Shown one piece after another: positions 45,701 through 60,796 of a DNA stretch of 64,000 nucleotides. The DNA is from Lama guanicoe (taxonomy: Eukaryota): contig MU057357.1 of assembly GCA_013239625.1 (NCBI GenBank), forward strand, positions 36,998,741 to 37,062,740. Direction: 5' to 3'. The first letter of the stretch is position 1. Each line of letters starts with the position of its first letter. Both the position numbers and the translations under genes were made by a program. The notes under the pieces are model-generated. The model did no database searches and was not told the DNA's origin. It was given only the letters and a program-made list of their open reading frames with translations.

Positions 45701-48700
45701 TGCTTGCAGTAGATCCTTACGGACCTCCTGATCCACCCAAAAATCCTGAAGTTACAGCTATTACCAAAGAATCCATGGTTGTCTGCTGGGGACATCCTGA
45801 CTCTGATGGCGGAAGTGAAATCATCAATTACATCGTGGAGCGGCGTGACAAAGCCGGCCAACGCTGGGTGAAATGCAACAAGAAAACCCTTACTGATTTA
45901 AGATATAAAGTGTCTGGACTGACAGAAGGGCATGAATATGAGTTCAGGATTATGGCTGAGAACGCTGCTGGAGTTAGCGCACCGAGTGCTACCAGTCCGT
46001 TCTATAAAGCTTGTGACGCTGTGTTTAAACCTGGTCCCCCAGGGAATCCCCGTGTTCTAGACACAAGCAGATCCTCCATTTCAATTGCTTGGAACAAACC
46101 CATCTATGATGGTGGTTCCGAAATCACTGGGTATATGGTTGAGATCGCCCTGCCAGAAGAAGACGAATGGAAGATTGTCACTCCACCAGCCGGGCTCAAG
46201 GCAACTTCTTACACCATCACTAACCTCGTCGAGAATCAAGAATATAAAATCCGCATCTATGCCATGAATTCTGAAGGCATCGGGGAACCTGCCCTTGTGC
46301 CTGGAACTCCCAAGGCTGAGGACAGGATGCTGCCTCCAGAGATTGAACTGGATGCCGACCTGCGCAAAGTTGTGACTATCAGAGCTTGTTGTACCCTAAG
46401 ACTTTTTGTTCCAATCAAAGGCAGGCCTGCACCGGAGGTGAAGTGGACCCGGGAACATGGAGAATCTTTGGATAAAGCTAGCATTGAATCCACAAGCTCT
46501 TACACCCTACTTATTGTCGGAAATGTAAACAGATTCGACAGTGGCAAATACATACTAACTGTAGAAAACAGCTCAGGCAGCAAGTCTGCATTTGTTAACG
46601 TGAGAGTACTGGACACACCAGGCCCTCCGCAGGATCTGAAGGTAAAGGAGGTCACTAAGACATCTGTCACCCTGACGTGGGAGCCTCCTCTTCTCGACGG
46701 AGGTTCAAAAATAAAGAACTATATTGTTGAAAAGCGGGAATCAACAAGGAAAGCGTATTCAACTGTTGCAACAAACTGTCACAAGACTTCCTGGAAGATA
46801 GATCAGCTTCAGGAAGGCTGTAGCTACTACTTCAGGGTGCTCGCTGAAAATGAATATGGCATCGGGCTGCCAGCTGAAACCGCAGAATCTGTGAAAGTAT
46901 CAGAACGCCCTCTTCCTCCAGGAAAAATAACTCTGGTGGACGTCACAAGAAACAGCGTGTCACTCTCTTGGGAGAAACCTGAGCATGACGGAGGCAGCCG
47001 AATTCTAGGCTACATCGTAGAGATGCAGAGCAAAGGCAGTGACAAATGGGTCACGTGTGCCACAGTCAAAGTCACCGAAGCCACTATTACTGGATTAATT
47101 CAGGGTGAAGAGTACTCTTTCCGGGTTTCGGCTCAGAATGAGAAGGGCATCAGTGACCCGAGACAACTGAGTGTGACAGTAATCGCCAAGGACCTCGTTA
47201 TTCCACCAGCCTTCAAACTCCTGTTCAATACTTTCACTGTTCTGGCAGGTGAAGACCTCAAAGTTGACGTTCCCTTCATCGGACGCCCTACACCAGCTGT
47301 CACCTGGCATAAAGATGATGTACCACTGAAGCAGACAACGAGAGTGAATGCAGAGAGCACAGAAAATAACTCACTGCTGACGATAAAGGAAGCCTGCCGA
47401 GAAGATGTTGGACATTACATAGTTAAACTGACTAACTCAGCTGGTGAAGCTACTGAAACCCTTAATGTTATCGTTCTTGACAAACCAGGGCCTCCAACAG
47501 GACCTGTTAAAATAGATGAAGTGACAGCTGATAGTATTACTCTCTCCTGGGACCCACCAAAGTATGACGGCGGAAGCTCTATCAATAATTACATTGTAGA
47601 GAAACGGGACACGTCCACAACCACTTGGCAGATTGTGTCGGCTACTGTTGCAAGGACAACAATAAAAGCTTGCAGATTAAAGACTGGATGTGAGTATCAG
47701 TTTAGGATTGCTGCTGAAAACAGATATGGAAAGAGCACCTACCTCAATTCAGAGCCTGTTGTAGCCCAGTATCCCTTCAAGGTTCCTGGTCCTCCTGGCA
47801 CACCGTTCGTAACGCTCTCCTCCAAGGACAGCATGGAAGTGCAGTGGAACGAGCCAGTCAGTGACGGAGGCAGCAAAGTCATTGGCTATCACCTAGAACG
47901 CAAGGAAAGAAACAGCATCCTCTGGGTTAAGCTGAATAAAACACCTATTCCTCAAACCAAGTTTAAAACAACTGGTCTTGACGAAGGCATTGAGTATGAA
48001 TTTAGAGTCTCCGCAGAGAACATTGTGGGTATCGGCAAGCCAAGTAAAGTGTCAGAATGCTACACAGCCCGTGATCCATGTGATCCGCCAGGCAGGCCAG
48101 AGGCGATCATCGTCACAAGGAATTCCGTGACTCTTCAGTGGAAGAAACCCACTTACGATGGCGGAAGCAAGATCACCGGTTATATTGTTGAGAAGAAAGA
48201 ATTGCCCGAGGGCCGCTGGATGAAAGCCAGTTTTACGAATGTTATTGACACTCAATTTGAAGTCACTGGCTTAGTGGAAGATCACAGATACGAGTTTCGG
48301 GTTATAGCTCGAAATGCTGCAGGCGTGTTCAGTGAGCCTTCAGAAAGCACAGGGGCAATAACAGCAAGAGACGAGACAGAACCACCACGAATACGTATGG
48401 ATCCAAAATACAAAGACACAGTTGTGGTTCACGCTGGTGAGTTATTCAAGATTGATGCAGATATTTATGGTAAACCAATACCCACCACTGAGTGGATAAA
48501 AGGTGACCAGGAGCTTTCAAATACAGCTCGATTGGAAATAAAGAGCACTGATTTTGCCACCAGTCTCAGTGTAAAGGATGCAGTACGTGTCGACAGTGGA
48601 AACTACATCCTGAAGGCCAAAAATGTTGCAGGAGAGAAATCAGTCACTGTCAGTGTCAAAGTTCTTGACAGACCAGGGCCACCTGAAGGACCTATTGTTA

Positions 48701-51700
48701 TATCAGGAGTTACAGCAGAAAAATGTACACTAGCCTGGAAACCCCCGCTCCAGGATGGTGGGAGTGATATCATAAATTATATTGTGGAAAGGAGAGAAAC
48801 CAGCCGCTTGGTTTGGACTGTGGTTGATGCCAACGTGCAGACTCTCAGCTGCAAGGTTACTAAGCTTCTTGAAGGCAATGAATATATTTTCCGTGTAATG
48901 GCTGTAAACAAATACGGTGTGGGCGAACCTCTTGAATCTGAGCCAGTAATTGCCAAGAATCCATTTGTAGTGCCAGACGCACCAAAGGCTCCAGAAATCA
49001 CAGCAGTGACCAAGGACTCAATGATTGTCGTGTGGGAAAGGCCAGCATCCGACGGTGGCAGTGAAATTCTTGGATATGTTCTTGAAAAACGGGATAAAGA
49101 GGGCATCCGATGGACAAGATGCCACAAACGTCTGATTGGGGAATTGCGCTTGAGAGTAACTGGACTCTTAGAAAATCACAATTATGAGTTCAGAGTCTCA
49201 GCCGAGAACGCTGCTGGCCTCAGTGAACCAAGCCCACCTTCTGCTCACCAAAAGGCTTGTGATCCTATTTATAAACCAGGACCTCCAAACAATCCCAGAG
49301 TCACTGATATTACCAGATCGTCTGTCTTCCTTTCCTGGGGCAAACCAATATATGACGGTGGCTGTGAAATCCAAGGATACATTGTAGAAAAATGTGACGT
49401 GAGTGTTGGTGAATGGACCATGTGCACTCCACCAACTGGAATCAGCAAAACAAATATAGAAGTAGAGAAGCTGTTGGAAAAGCATGAATACAACTTCCGT
49501 ATTTGTGCTGTTAACAAAGCTGGAGTTGGAGAACATGCTGATGTCCCTGGACCCGTTATAGTTGAANNNNNNNNNNNNNNNNNNNNNNNNNNNNNNNNNN
49601 NNNNNNNNNNNNNNNNNNNNNNNNNNNNNNNNNNNNNNNNNNNNNNNNNNNNNNNNNNNNNNNNNNNNNNNNNNNNNNNNNNNNNNNNNNNNNNNNNNNN
49701 NNNNNNNNNNNNNNGAGACGCAGCTATAATTGACATCACTAGCAGCTTCACCTCTCTTGTTCTTGACAACGTCAACCGATATGATACTGGAAAATATACT
49801 CTCACGTTGGAAAACAGCAGTGGAACAAAGTCTGCCTTTGTTACTGTGAGAGTCCTGGACACACCAAGTCCACCTGTTAATCTGAAAGTCACAGAAATCA
49901 CGAAAGACTCAGTATCAATTACATGGGAACCTCCTCTGCTGGATGGGGGATCCAAAATTAAAAATTACATTGTTGAGAAACGTGAAGCCACAAGAAAATC
50001 ATATGCTGCAGTTGTAACAAATTGCCATAAGAATTCGTGGAAGATTGATCAACTCCAGGAAGGATGCAGTTACTACTTTAGAGTCACAGCTGAGAATGAG
50101 TATGGTATTGGCCTTCCTGCCCACACTGATGAGCCAGTTAAGGTTGCAGAAGTCCCACAACCTCCAGGAAAAATAACTGTGGACGATGTCACCAGAAACA
50201 GTGTCTCCTTGAGTTGGACAAAGCCTGAACATGATGGTGGCAGTAAAATCCTTCAGTATATTGTGGAAATGCAAGCTAAACGCAGTGAGAAGTGGTCAGA
50301 ATGTGCTCGAGTCAAGTCCCTTGAAGCAGTAATTACCAACCTAACTCAGGGAGAAGAGTATCTTTTTAGAGTTGTTGCTGTAAATGAAAAGGGGAGAAGT
50401 GATCCGCGGTCTCTTGCAGTTCCAATTGTTGCCAAAGATCTGGTCATTGAGCCAGATGTAAGACCTGCATTCAACAGTTATAGTATACAGGTTGGCCAGG
50501 ATTTGAAAATAGAAGTGCCAATTTCTGGACGTCCTAAGCCAACTATTACCTGGACTAAAGATGGTCTTCCACTGAAGCAGACTACAAGAATCAATGTGAC
50601 TGATTCACTTGACCTCACTGTACTCAGTATTAAAGAAACTCATAAGGATGATGGTGGACATTATGGAATCACCGTTGCTAACGTTGTGGGTCAGAAAACA
50701 GCATCCATTGAAATTATAACTCTAGATAAACCTGATCCTCCAAAAGGACCTGTTAAATTTGATGAAGTCAGTGCTGAAAGTATAACATTGTCTTGGGAAC
50801 CTCCATTATATACAGGGGGCTGTCAGATCACCAACTACATAGTTCAGAAGAGAGATACAACTACCACAGTATGGGAAGTTGTTTCCGCTACTGTTGCCAG
50901 AACTACACTCAAAGTAACCAAACTGAAAACTGGTACTGAATACCAATTCAGAATATTTGCTGAAAACAGATACGGACAAAGCTTTGCCTTAGAATCTGAG
51001 CCGATTGTAGCTCAATATCCCTACAAAGAACCAGGCCCTCCAGGCACACCATTTGTCACAGCCATTTCCAAAGACTCCATGGTTGTACAGTGGCATGAAC
51101 CAGTCAATAACGGTGGAAGCCCCGTCATAGGTTACCACCTTGAGAAAAAGGAAAGAAACAGTATCTTGTGGACAAAAGTCAACAAAACTATTATTCATGA
51201 CACTCAGTTTAAAGCAGTCAATCTTGAAGAAGGCATTGAATATGAATTCAGAGTTTATGCTGAAAATATCGTTGGTGTAGGCAAAGCAAGCAAGAATTCA
51301 GAATGCTATGTAGCCAGAGATCCCTGTGACCCACCAGGAACCCCAGAAGCAATAATAGTTAAAAGAAATGAAATCACTTTACAGTGGACCAAACCTGCAT
51401 ATGATGGTGGAAGTGTGATTACAGGTTATATTGTAGAGAAACGTGATTTGCCTGAGGGTCGCTGGATGAAAGCCAGCTTCACAAATGTCATTGAAACCCA
51501 ATTTACTGTGTCAGGTCTTACTGAAGATCAAAGATATGAATTCAGAGTCCTTGCAAAGNNNNNNNNNNNNNNNNNNNNNNNNNNNNNNNNNNNNNNNNNN
51601 NNNNNNNNNNNNNNNNNNNNNNNNNNNNNNNNNNNNNNNNNNNNNNNNNNNNNNNNNNNNNNNNNNNNNNNNNNNNNNNNNNNNNNNNNNNNNNNNNNNN

Positions 51701-54700
51701 NNNNNNATGTCCATGGAAAGCCCCTCCCTACCATTGAGTGGTTAAGAGGAGATAAGGAAATTGAAGAATCTGCTAGATGTGAAATAAAGAACACAGATTT
51801 CAAGGCTTTACTTATTATAAAGGATGCCATTAGAATTGACAGTGGACAGTATATCTTACGAGCCTCAAATGTTGCAGGTTCTAAGTCATTCCCAGTAAAT
51901 GTAAAAGTATTAGATAGACCAGGACCTCCAGAAGGGCCAGTCCAGGTTACTGGAGTCACTGCTGAAAAATGCACTTTAACATGGTCTCCACCACTTCAAG
52001 ATGGTGGCAGTGACATTTCTCACTATGTTGTTGAAAAGAGAGAAACAAGTCGGCTTGCCTGGACTGTTGTTGCTTCAGAGGTTGTAACCAATTCTCTGAA
52101 AATTACCAAACTCTTAGAAGGGAATGAATATATTTTCCGTATAATGGCTGTCAACAAATATGGTGTTGGAGAGCCTTTGGAATCTGCACCAGTACTAATG
52201 AAAAATCCATTTGTGCTTCCTGGGCCACCAAAAAGCTTAGAAGTCACGAACATTGCCAAGGANNNNNNNNNNNNNNNNNNNNNNNNNNNNNNNNNNNNNN
52301 NNNNNNNNNNNNNNNNNNNNNNNNNNNNNNNNNNNNNNNNNNNNNNNNNNNNNNNNNNNNNNNNNNNNNNNNNNNNNNNNNNNNNNNNNNNNNNNNNNNN
52401 NNNNNNNNNNNNNNNNNNNNNNNNNNNNNNNNNNNNNNNNNNNNNNNNNNNNNNNNNNNNNNNNNNNNNNNNNNNNNNNNNNNCTACAGTTTATTATAAA
52501 GCTTGTGATCCTGTGTTCAAACCTGGCCCCCCCATCAATGCACACGTTGTAGACACCACTAAAAATTCAATTACACTTGCCTGGGGTAAACCCATCTACG
52601 ATGGTGGCAGTGAGATCCTGGGCTATGTAGTAGAAATCTGCAAAGCAGATGAAGAAGAATGGCAAATAGTTACTCCACAGACTGGCCTGAGAGCCAATCG
52701 ATTTGAAATTTCCAAACTCACTGAACACCAAGAATATAAAATACGCGTCTGTGCCCTCAATAAAGCTGGTTTAGGTGAGGCCACCTCAGTTCCTGGCACT
52801 GTGAAACCAGAAGATAAACTTGAAGCACCCGAACTTGACCTTGACTCTGAATTAAGGAAAGGAATAGTCGTGAGAGCTGGTGGATCTGTCAGAATAAACA
52901 TTCCATTCAAAGGTCGCCCAACACCGGAGATCACTTGGTCTCGAGAGGAAGGTGAATTCACAGATAAGGTCCAAACTGAAAAAGGAGCAAACTATACCCA
53001 GCTGTCAATAGATAACTGTGATAGAAATGATGCTGGAAAATATATTCTCAAGCTAGAAAACAGCAGTGGGTCAAAATCTGCTTTTGTCACTGTGAAAGTT
53101 CTCGATACCCCAGGGCCACCACAGAATTTGGCAGTCAAAGACGTGAAAAAAGACTCTGTCCTTCTGGTATGGGAACCACCCATCATCGATGGGGGCGCAA
53201 AGGTCAAGAACTATGTTATTGACAAACGTGAGTCAACCAGAAAAGCATATGCTAATGTGAGTAATAAATGCAGCAAAACAAGCTTTAAAGTTGAGAATCT
53301 TACAGAAGGAGCCATCTATTACTTTAGAGTCATGGCTGAAAATGAATTTGGAGTTGGTGTCCCAGTGGAAACTGTTGATGCTGTGAAAGCTGCTGAACCT
53401 CCATCCCCACCAGGAAAGGTTACGCTCACTGATGTGTCCCAGACCAGTGCATCGCTGATGTGGGAGAAACCTGAACATGATGGTGGTAGCAGAATCCTGG
53501 GGTATGTCGTTGAAATGCAGCCCAGAGGAACCGAAAAGTGGAGTGTTGTGGCTGAATCCAAAGTCTGTAATGCAGTTGTTACTGGTTTGAGTTCTGGACA
53601 AGAATATCAGTTCCGCGTCAAGGCTTACAACGAGAAAGGCCAGAGCGATCCAAGGGTGCTTGGTGTTCCCGTCATAGCCAAGGACTTGACTATACCACCT
53701 ACTTTTAAGTTACCATTTAACACCTATACTGTCCAAGCTAGAGAAGATCTTAAAATCGAAATTCCTGTTATTGGCCGACCAAGACCTAGTATTTCATGGG
53801 TCAAAGATGGTGAGCCTCTTAAACAGACGACAAGAGTAAATGTTGAGGAAACAGCTACATCAACTATTTTGCACATTAAAGAAAGCAACAAAGATGACTT
53901 TGGAAAATACACCGTAACAGCAACAAACAGTGCAGGTACAGCAACAGAAAATCTGAGCATTATCGTTTTGGAAAAGCCTGGANNNNNNNNNNNNNNNNNN
54001 NNNNNNNNNNNNNNNNNNNNNNNNNNNNNNNNNNNNNNNNNNNNNNNNNNNNNNNNNNNNNNNNNNNNNNNNNNNNNNNNNNNNNNNNNNNNNNNNNNNN
54101 NNNNNNNNNNNNNNACTTGGCATACGGTATCAGCAACAGTTGCAAGAACAACAATTAAAATAACCAAGCTGAAAACGGGCAGTGAGTACCAGTTTAGAAT
54201 TTTTGCAGAAAACAGGTATGGAAAAAGTGCCCCCTTGGATTCTAAACCAGTTATTGTACAATATCCATTTAAAGAACCTGGGCCACCTGGCACTCCTTTT
54301 GTGACATCAGTCTCGAAAGATCAAATGCTAGTGCAATGGCATGAGCCAGTTAACGATGGAGGCAGCAAAGTTATTGGCTACCATCTTGAACAGAAAGAAA
54401 AGAACAGCATTCTGTGGGTCAAATTAAATAAGACTCCCATTCAAGACACCAAATTCAAAACAACCACGATTGACGAAGGCCTGGAGTACGAGTTCAAAGT
54501 TTCTGCCGAAAACATTGTTGGCATTGGCAAGCCGAGCAAAGTGTCAGAATGCTTTGTTGCTCGTGACCCATGTGNNNNNNNNNNNNNNNNNNNNNNNNNN
54601 NNNNNNNNNNNNNNNNNNNNNNNNNNNNNNNNNNNNNNNNNNNNNNNNNNNNNNNNNNNNNNNNNNNNNNNNNNNNNNNNNNNNNNNNNNNNNNNNNNNN

Positions 54701-57700
54701 NNNNNNGTTGGATGAAAGCCAGCTTTACCAATGTATTAGAAACTGAATTTACAGTGAGTGGCCTTGTAGAAGACCAAAGGTATGAATTTAGAGTAATTGC
54801 AAGAAATGCAGCTGGCAACTTTAGTGAACCATCTGAAAGCACTGGTGCCATTACTGCACGAGACGAAATCGATGCACCAAATGCCTCGCTGGATCCGAAA
54901 TACAAAGATCTCATCGTGGTTCGTGCAGGAGAGACTTTTGTCCTTGAAGCTGACATTCGGGGCAAACCTATACCTGATATTGTTTGGTCAAAAGATGGAA
55001 AAGAGCTTGAAGAAACTGCCGCCAGGATGGAAATTAAGTCTACTATTCAGAAAACAACTCTTGTCGTCAAAGACTGTATACGTAGTGATGGAGGACAATA
55101 TATTCTGAAACTCAGCAATGTCGGTGGCACGAAGTCTATACCAATCACTGTAAAGGTACTTGACAGGCCGGGGCCTCCTGAAGGGCCTCTGAAAGTTTCT
55201 GGCGTTACTGCTGAAAAATGTTACCTGGCATGGAACCCACCTCTACAAGATGGCGGTGCTAGTATTTCACATTACATCATTGAAAAGAGAGAGACAAGCA
55301 GACTCTCCTGGACCCAAGTTTCAACTGAGGTACAGGCCCTTAACTACAAAGTCACTAAACTTCTTCCTGGTAACGAGTACATCTTCCGTGTCATGGCTGT
55401 GAATAAATACGGAATCGGAGAGCCTCTGGAATCTGAGCCTGTTATAGCCCGTAATCCTTATAAACCACCAGGTCCTCCTTCACCACCTGAAGCCTCTGCA
55501 ATCACCAAAGATTCTATGGTCGTGACATGGGCACGCCCAGTAGATGATGGAGGTGCTGAGATTGAGGGCTACATTCTTGAAAAGCGTGATAAGGAAGGTG
55601 TTAGATGGACCAAGTGCAACAAGAAAACACTAACAGATCTTCGATTCAGGGTAACTGGCCTTACTGAAGGGCACTCCTACGAATTCAGAGTTGCTGCTGA
55701 AAATGCAGCTGGTGTGGGTGAACCCAGCGAGCCATCTGTTTTCTATCGTGCGTGTGATGCTTTGTATCCACCAGGACCCCCAAGTAATCCCAAAGTGACA
55801 GACACTTCCCGCTCTTCTGTCTCCCTCGCGTGGAATAAGCCAATTTACGACGGTGGTGCACCTGTTAAGGGCTATGTTGTGGAAGTCAAAGAAGCCACTG
55901 CCGACGAATGGACAACCTGCACTCCACCAACAGGATTACAAGGAAAGCAGTTCACGGTGACCAAGCTTAAAGAAAATACTGAATATAGCTTCCGTATCTG
56001 TGCCATCAATTCTGAAGGTGTAGGAGAGCCTGCAGCCATACCTGGCTCAGTTGTTGCTAAAGAGAGGCAAGAGCCTCCAGAAATAGAACTCGACGCTGAT
56101 CTCAGGAAAGTGGTTGTTCTGCGAGCCAGCACGACCTTACGCTTATTTGTCACCATCAAGGGTCGACCGGAACCTGAAGTGAAGTGGGAAAAGGCCGAAG
56201 GCATTCTCACCGAGAGGGCCCAGATTGAGGTGACCAGCTCATATACAATGTTGGTAATTGATAACGTCACCAGATTTGACAGTGGTCGGTATAATCTAAC
56301 ACTGGAAAATAACAGTGGCTCTAAAACCGCTTTTGTTAACGTCAGAGTTCTCGACTCACCCAGCGCCCCTGTGAACCTGACTGTAAGAGAAGTGAAGAAA
56401 GACTCAGTGGTGTTGGCGTGGGAACCACCACTTATTGACGGTGGAGCTAAGATCACAAACTACATCGTCGAAAAACGAGAAACAACAAGAAAAGCATATG
56501 CTACCGTTACAAATAATTGCACCAAGAATACTTTCAAAATTGAAAATCTGCTAGAAGGATGTTCTTACTACTTCCGAGTCTTGGCTTGCAATGAATATGG
56601 GATTGGTTTGCCAGCTGAAACAACTGAACCGGTTAAAGCTTCTGAACCACCCCTCCCACCTGGAAGAGTAACTCTTGTGGACGTGACCCGTAACACAGCC
56701 ACGATTAAGTGGGAGAAACCAGAAAGTGATGGTGGCAGCAAAATTACTGGTTATGTGGTTGAAATGCAGACTAAAGGGAGTGAAAAATGGAGCATCTGCA
56801 CACAAGTTAAGACTCTAGAGGCAACTATATCTGGCCTAAGTGCTGGAGAGGAGTATACCTTCAGGGTATCCGCCATTAATGAAAAAGGAAAAAGTGACCC
56901 AAGACAACTGGGAGTGCCGGTAATTGCAAGGGATATTGAGATAAAGCCTTCAGTTGAGCTTCCTTTCAATACTTTCAACGTAAAGGCTAGAGACCAACTT
57001 AAGATTGATGTTCCATTTAAAGGAAGACCTCAAGCTACTGTAATTTGGAAAAAAGATGGTCAGGCTCTTAAAGAGACAACTAGAGTCAATGTTTCTTCTT
57101 CCAAGACTGTAACATCACTAACTATTAAGGAAGCTTCAAGGGAAGATGTTGGAACTTATGAATTATGTGTTTCAAACAGTGCTGGATCCCTAACTGTTCC
57201 TATTACTGTAATTGTTCTTGACAAACCAGGACCTCCTGGACCTATACATATTGATGAGGTTAGCTGCGACAATATAACCATTTCTTGGAATCCTCCAGAA
57301 TATGATGGTGGCTGCCAAATTAGCAATTACATCGTTGAAAAGAGAGAAACCACTTCTACAGCATGGCATGTAGTTTCACAAGCAGTTGCAAGAACATCCA
57401 TTAAAATTATTCGTCTGATAACAGGAAGTGAGTATCTGTTCCGTGTTTGTGCGGAAAACCGCTACGGAAAGAGCTCCTACAGTGAATCTTCAGCCGTTGT
57501 CGCAGAGTATCCATTCAGCCCCCCAGGTCCTCCTGGTACTCCTAAAGTTGTGCATGCCACAAAATCCACCATGATAGTAACCTGGCAAGTGCCAGTTCAT
57601 GATGGAGGAAGTCAAGTAATTGGCTATCACCTGGAATATAAAGAAAGAAGCAGCATTCTTTGGTCAAAAGCAAATAAAATGCTCATCGCCGATACTCAAA

Positions 57701-59881
57701 TGAAAGTCTCTGGCCTTGATGAAGGACTGATGTATGAGTATCGTGTATATGCTGAGAATATTGCTGGAATTGGTAAGTGCAGTAAATCCTGTGAACCAGT
57801 CCCTGCAAGAGACCCTTGTGACCCTCCTGGACAACCTGAAGTCACAAATATCACAAGAAAATCAGTGTCACTTAAATGGTCTAAACCACATTATGATGGT
57901 GGAGCTAAGATCACGGGATACATTATTGAACGCCGAGAACTACCAGATGGTCGGTGGCTGAAGTGCAATTATACTAATGTCCAAGAAACATACTTTGAAG
58001 TAACCGAACTTACTGAAGATCAGCGTTACGAATTCCGGGTGTTTGCAAAGAATGCTGCTGACTCAATCAGTGAGCCATCTGAATCCACTGGACCTATTAC
58101 AGTCAAAGACGATGTTGAGGCTCCAAGAATTATGATGGATGTCAAGTTCCGAGCTGTCATTGTTGTCAAAGCTGGAGAGGTCCTTAAGATAAATGCAGAC
58201 ATTGCAGGGCGACCTCTGCCAATAATTTCCTGGGCCAAGGATGGTGTAGAAATTGAAGAGAGAGCGAGAACAGAAATAATCTCTACAGACTATGATACCT
58301 TGCTAACAGTGAAAGACTGTGTCCGACGAGACTCTGGGCAGTATGTGCTAACACTGAAGAATGTCGCAGGAACTCGGTCTATGGCAGTTAATTGCAAGGT
58401 TCTCGATAAGCCTGGCCCACCAGCAGGACCACTTGAAATAACTGGCCTAACTGCTGAGAAGTGCTCTCTTTCCTGGGGACCACCTCAAGAAGATGGCGGT
58501 GCAGCAATCGACTATTACATTGTAGAAAAACGTGAGACAAGCCGCCTTGCTTGGACAATATGTGAAGGAGAGTTAAGGACAACATCCTGTAAAGTAACCA
58601 AGTTACTCAAAGGCAACGAATACATCTTTAGAGTAACAGGCGTTAATAAATATGGTGTAGGTGAGCCACTAGAGAGTGTGGCTGTAAAGGCACTAGATCC
58701 ATTTACAGTTCCAAGTCCTCCCACATCTTTGGAAATTACATCTGTGACCAAAGAGTTCATGACACTTTGCTGGTCGAGACCCGAGAGTGATGGAGGTAGT
58801 GAAATCTCTGGATACATAATTGAAAGGCGAGAGAAAAACAGCCTGCGATGGGTGCGTGTAAACAAAAAACCAGTTTATGATCTGAGAGTGAAATCCACCG
58901 GACTTCGGGAAGGATGTGAATATGAGTATCGGGTATATGCAGAAAATGCTGCTGGCCTGAGCCTTCCAAGTGAAACCTCTCCCTTAGTTCGGGCAGAAGA
59001 TCCAGTGTTCTTACCGTCTCCTCCATCCAAACCCACAATCGTGGACTCAGGCAAGACAAATATAACGATTAGCTGGGTTAAGCCCTTATTTGATGGTGGG
59101 TCCCCAGTAACCGGATACGCTGTAGAATACAAAAAGTCTGATGAAACTGACTGGAAAACTGCCATTCAGAACTTAAGAGGCACAGAATTTACAATAAGTG
59201 GACTAACAACAGGAGGCGAATACGTTTTCAGAGTAAGATCTATCAATAAGGTGGGTGCTAGTGATCCCAGTGACAGCTCCGATCCCCAGATAGCAAAGGA
59301 AAGAGAAGAAGAACCTGTATTTGACCTTGATAGTGAAATGAAGAAGACCTTGATTGTCAAGGCCGGTGCCTCGTTCACCATGATGGTACCTTTCCGAGGA
59401 AGACCAGTCCCCACCGTCTCCTGGAGTAAACCAGACACTGACCTCCGCACTAGAGCTTACATTGACTCCACAGACTGTCGTACGTCACTGACTATTGAAA
59501 ATGCCAACAGAAATGATTCTGGAAAATACACATTAATGATTCAGAATATTTTGAATGCTGCTTCACTGACCTTAGTTGTCAAAGTTTTAGATTCTCCCGG
59601 TCCTCCAGCCAATATTTCTGTGCGTGATGTCACCAAAGAGTCTGCANNNNNNNNNNNNNNNNNNNNNNNNNNNNNNNNNNNNNNNNNNNNNNNNNNNNNN
59701 NNNNNNNNNNNNNNNNNNNNNNNNNNNNNNNNNNNNNNNNNNNNNNNNNNNNNNNNNNNNNNNNNNNNNNNNNNNNNNNNNNNNNNACAAGAAGGGGCGA
59801 TTTATTACTTCAGAGTCTCTGGAGAAAATGAGTTTGGTGTTGGTGTACCAGCCGAAACAAAGGAAGGAGTAAAAATAACAG
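42776..59881 (+). CDS. TTN: TTN giant exon ~326, 58 domains A64-A121 (C-zone super-repeats 3-7 complete)
   Basis: TTTCAG|ACCCC at 42775/6, CAG|GTATGT at 59881/2; 17,106 nt open frame across six N-runs. Confidence 0.98.
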
Positions 59882-60499
59882 GTATGTTTTAAGAACAAAG
59901 AAAACCTACATTTCCATATTAGTTTTCCTAGAATAGTGTGAATCATTCTAATTATTATTTAATTTTTAGTGCTTTTGGTTCACACCTCAAATAATTCACA
60001 CTATATACCACAAAATGAAATCTTACTGACAGAGTTTTTCATTGATTAAAAAAAGTAGAAATTGACATAGCTGGAAATGGATAATACATGTTGAATATTT
60101 TATATATATGTTTAAGTATATTATATATACGTTTAAGCATAACTGAATTTGAATTTGACTGCACAATATCGTGTGAGTGTGCAGAAACCGTGATATTTCT
60201 TACAAAATTGTTCATCTCATTCCTCATTTTTATACCTATGATAAATATGGGATAAATTTTACCATTTAACCTGGTCATTTGACAACTTGATTTGAATGCT
60301 ATGATATGGAATGGCAAAGCCTGGGCAAGTGTGGCTTGGTTCAGAAGCCAAACTAGTCATACAAAAAGTAAGAAAGACTCAAATCAAAGTAACTATATGG
60401 CCTTCATTTAAAATTTTTCTTTTGACAATGCAGGAAGAACACATGTGGGGGAAAAATGTTTCATAATCTTCCCTTTCTTCTGATGTTTTACTTTCTTAG

Positions 60500-60796
60500 A
60501 AAAACCAAGCCCACCTGAAAAACTTGGAGTAACAAGTGTATCCAAAGACAGTGTTTCCCTGACCTGGTTGAAGCCAGAACATGACGGTGGAAGCAGAATT
60601 GTACATTACGTCATTGAAACACTAGAAAAAGGACAGAAAAACTGGGTTAGATGTGCCGTGGTGAAGTCAACCCATCATGTTATTTCTGGTCTGAGGGAGA
60701 ATGCTGAGTACTTTTTCCGAGTGTTCGCTGAAAATCAGGCTGGTCTGAGTGACCCAAGAGAGCTGCTGCTTCCTGTTCTCGTTAAGGAGAAGCTAG
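60500..60796 (+). CDS. TTN: TTN exon ~327, Fn3 A122
   Basis: 297 nt. Confidence 0.95.

Noticed and set aside
28341-59881. Recurring ~300-nt motifs as a CRISPR-like or tandem array
   Set aside because: They are diverged protein-domain repeats with no identical direct repeats or spacers.
42763-59892. 5,709-aa ORF as a stand-alone gene
   Set aside because: It is one internal exon bounded by splice sites; the apparent start and stop are intronic.
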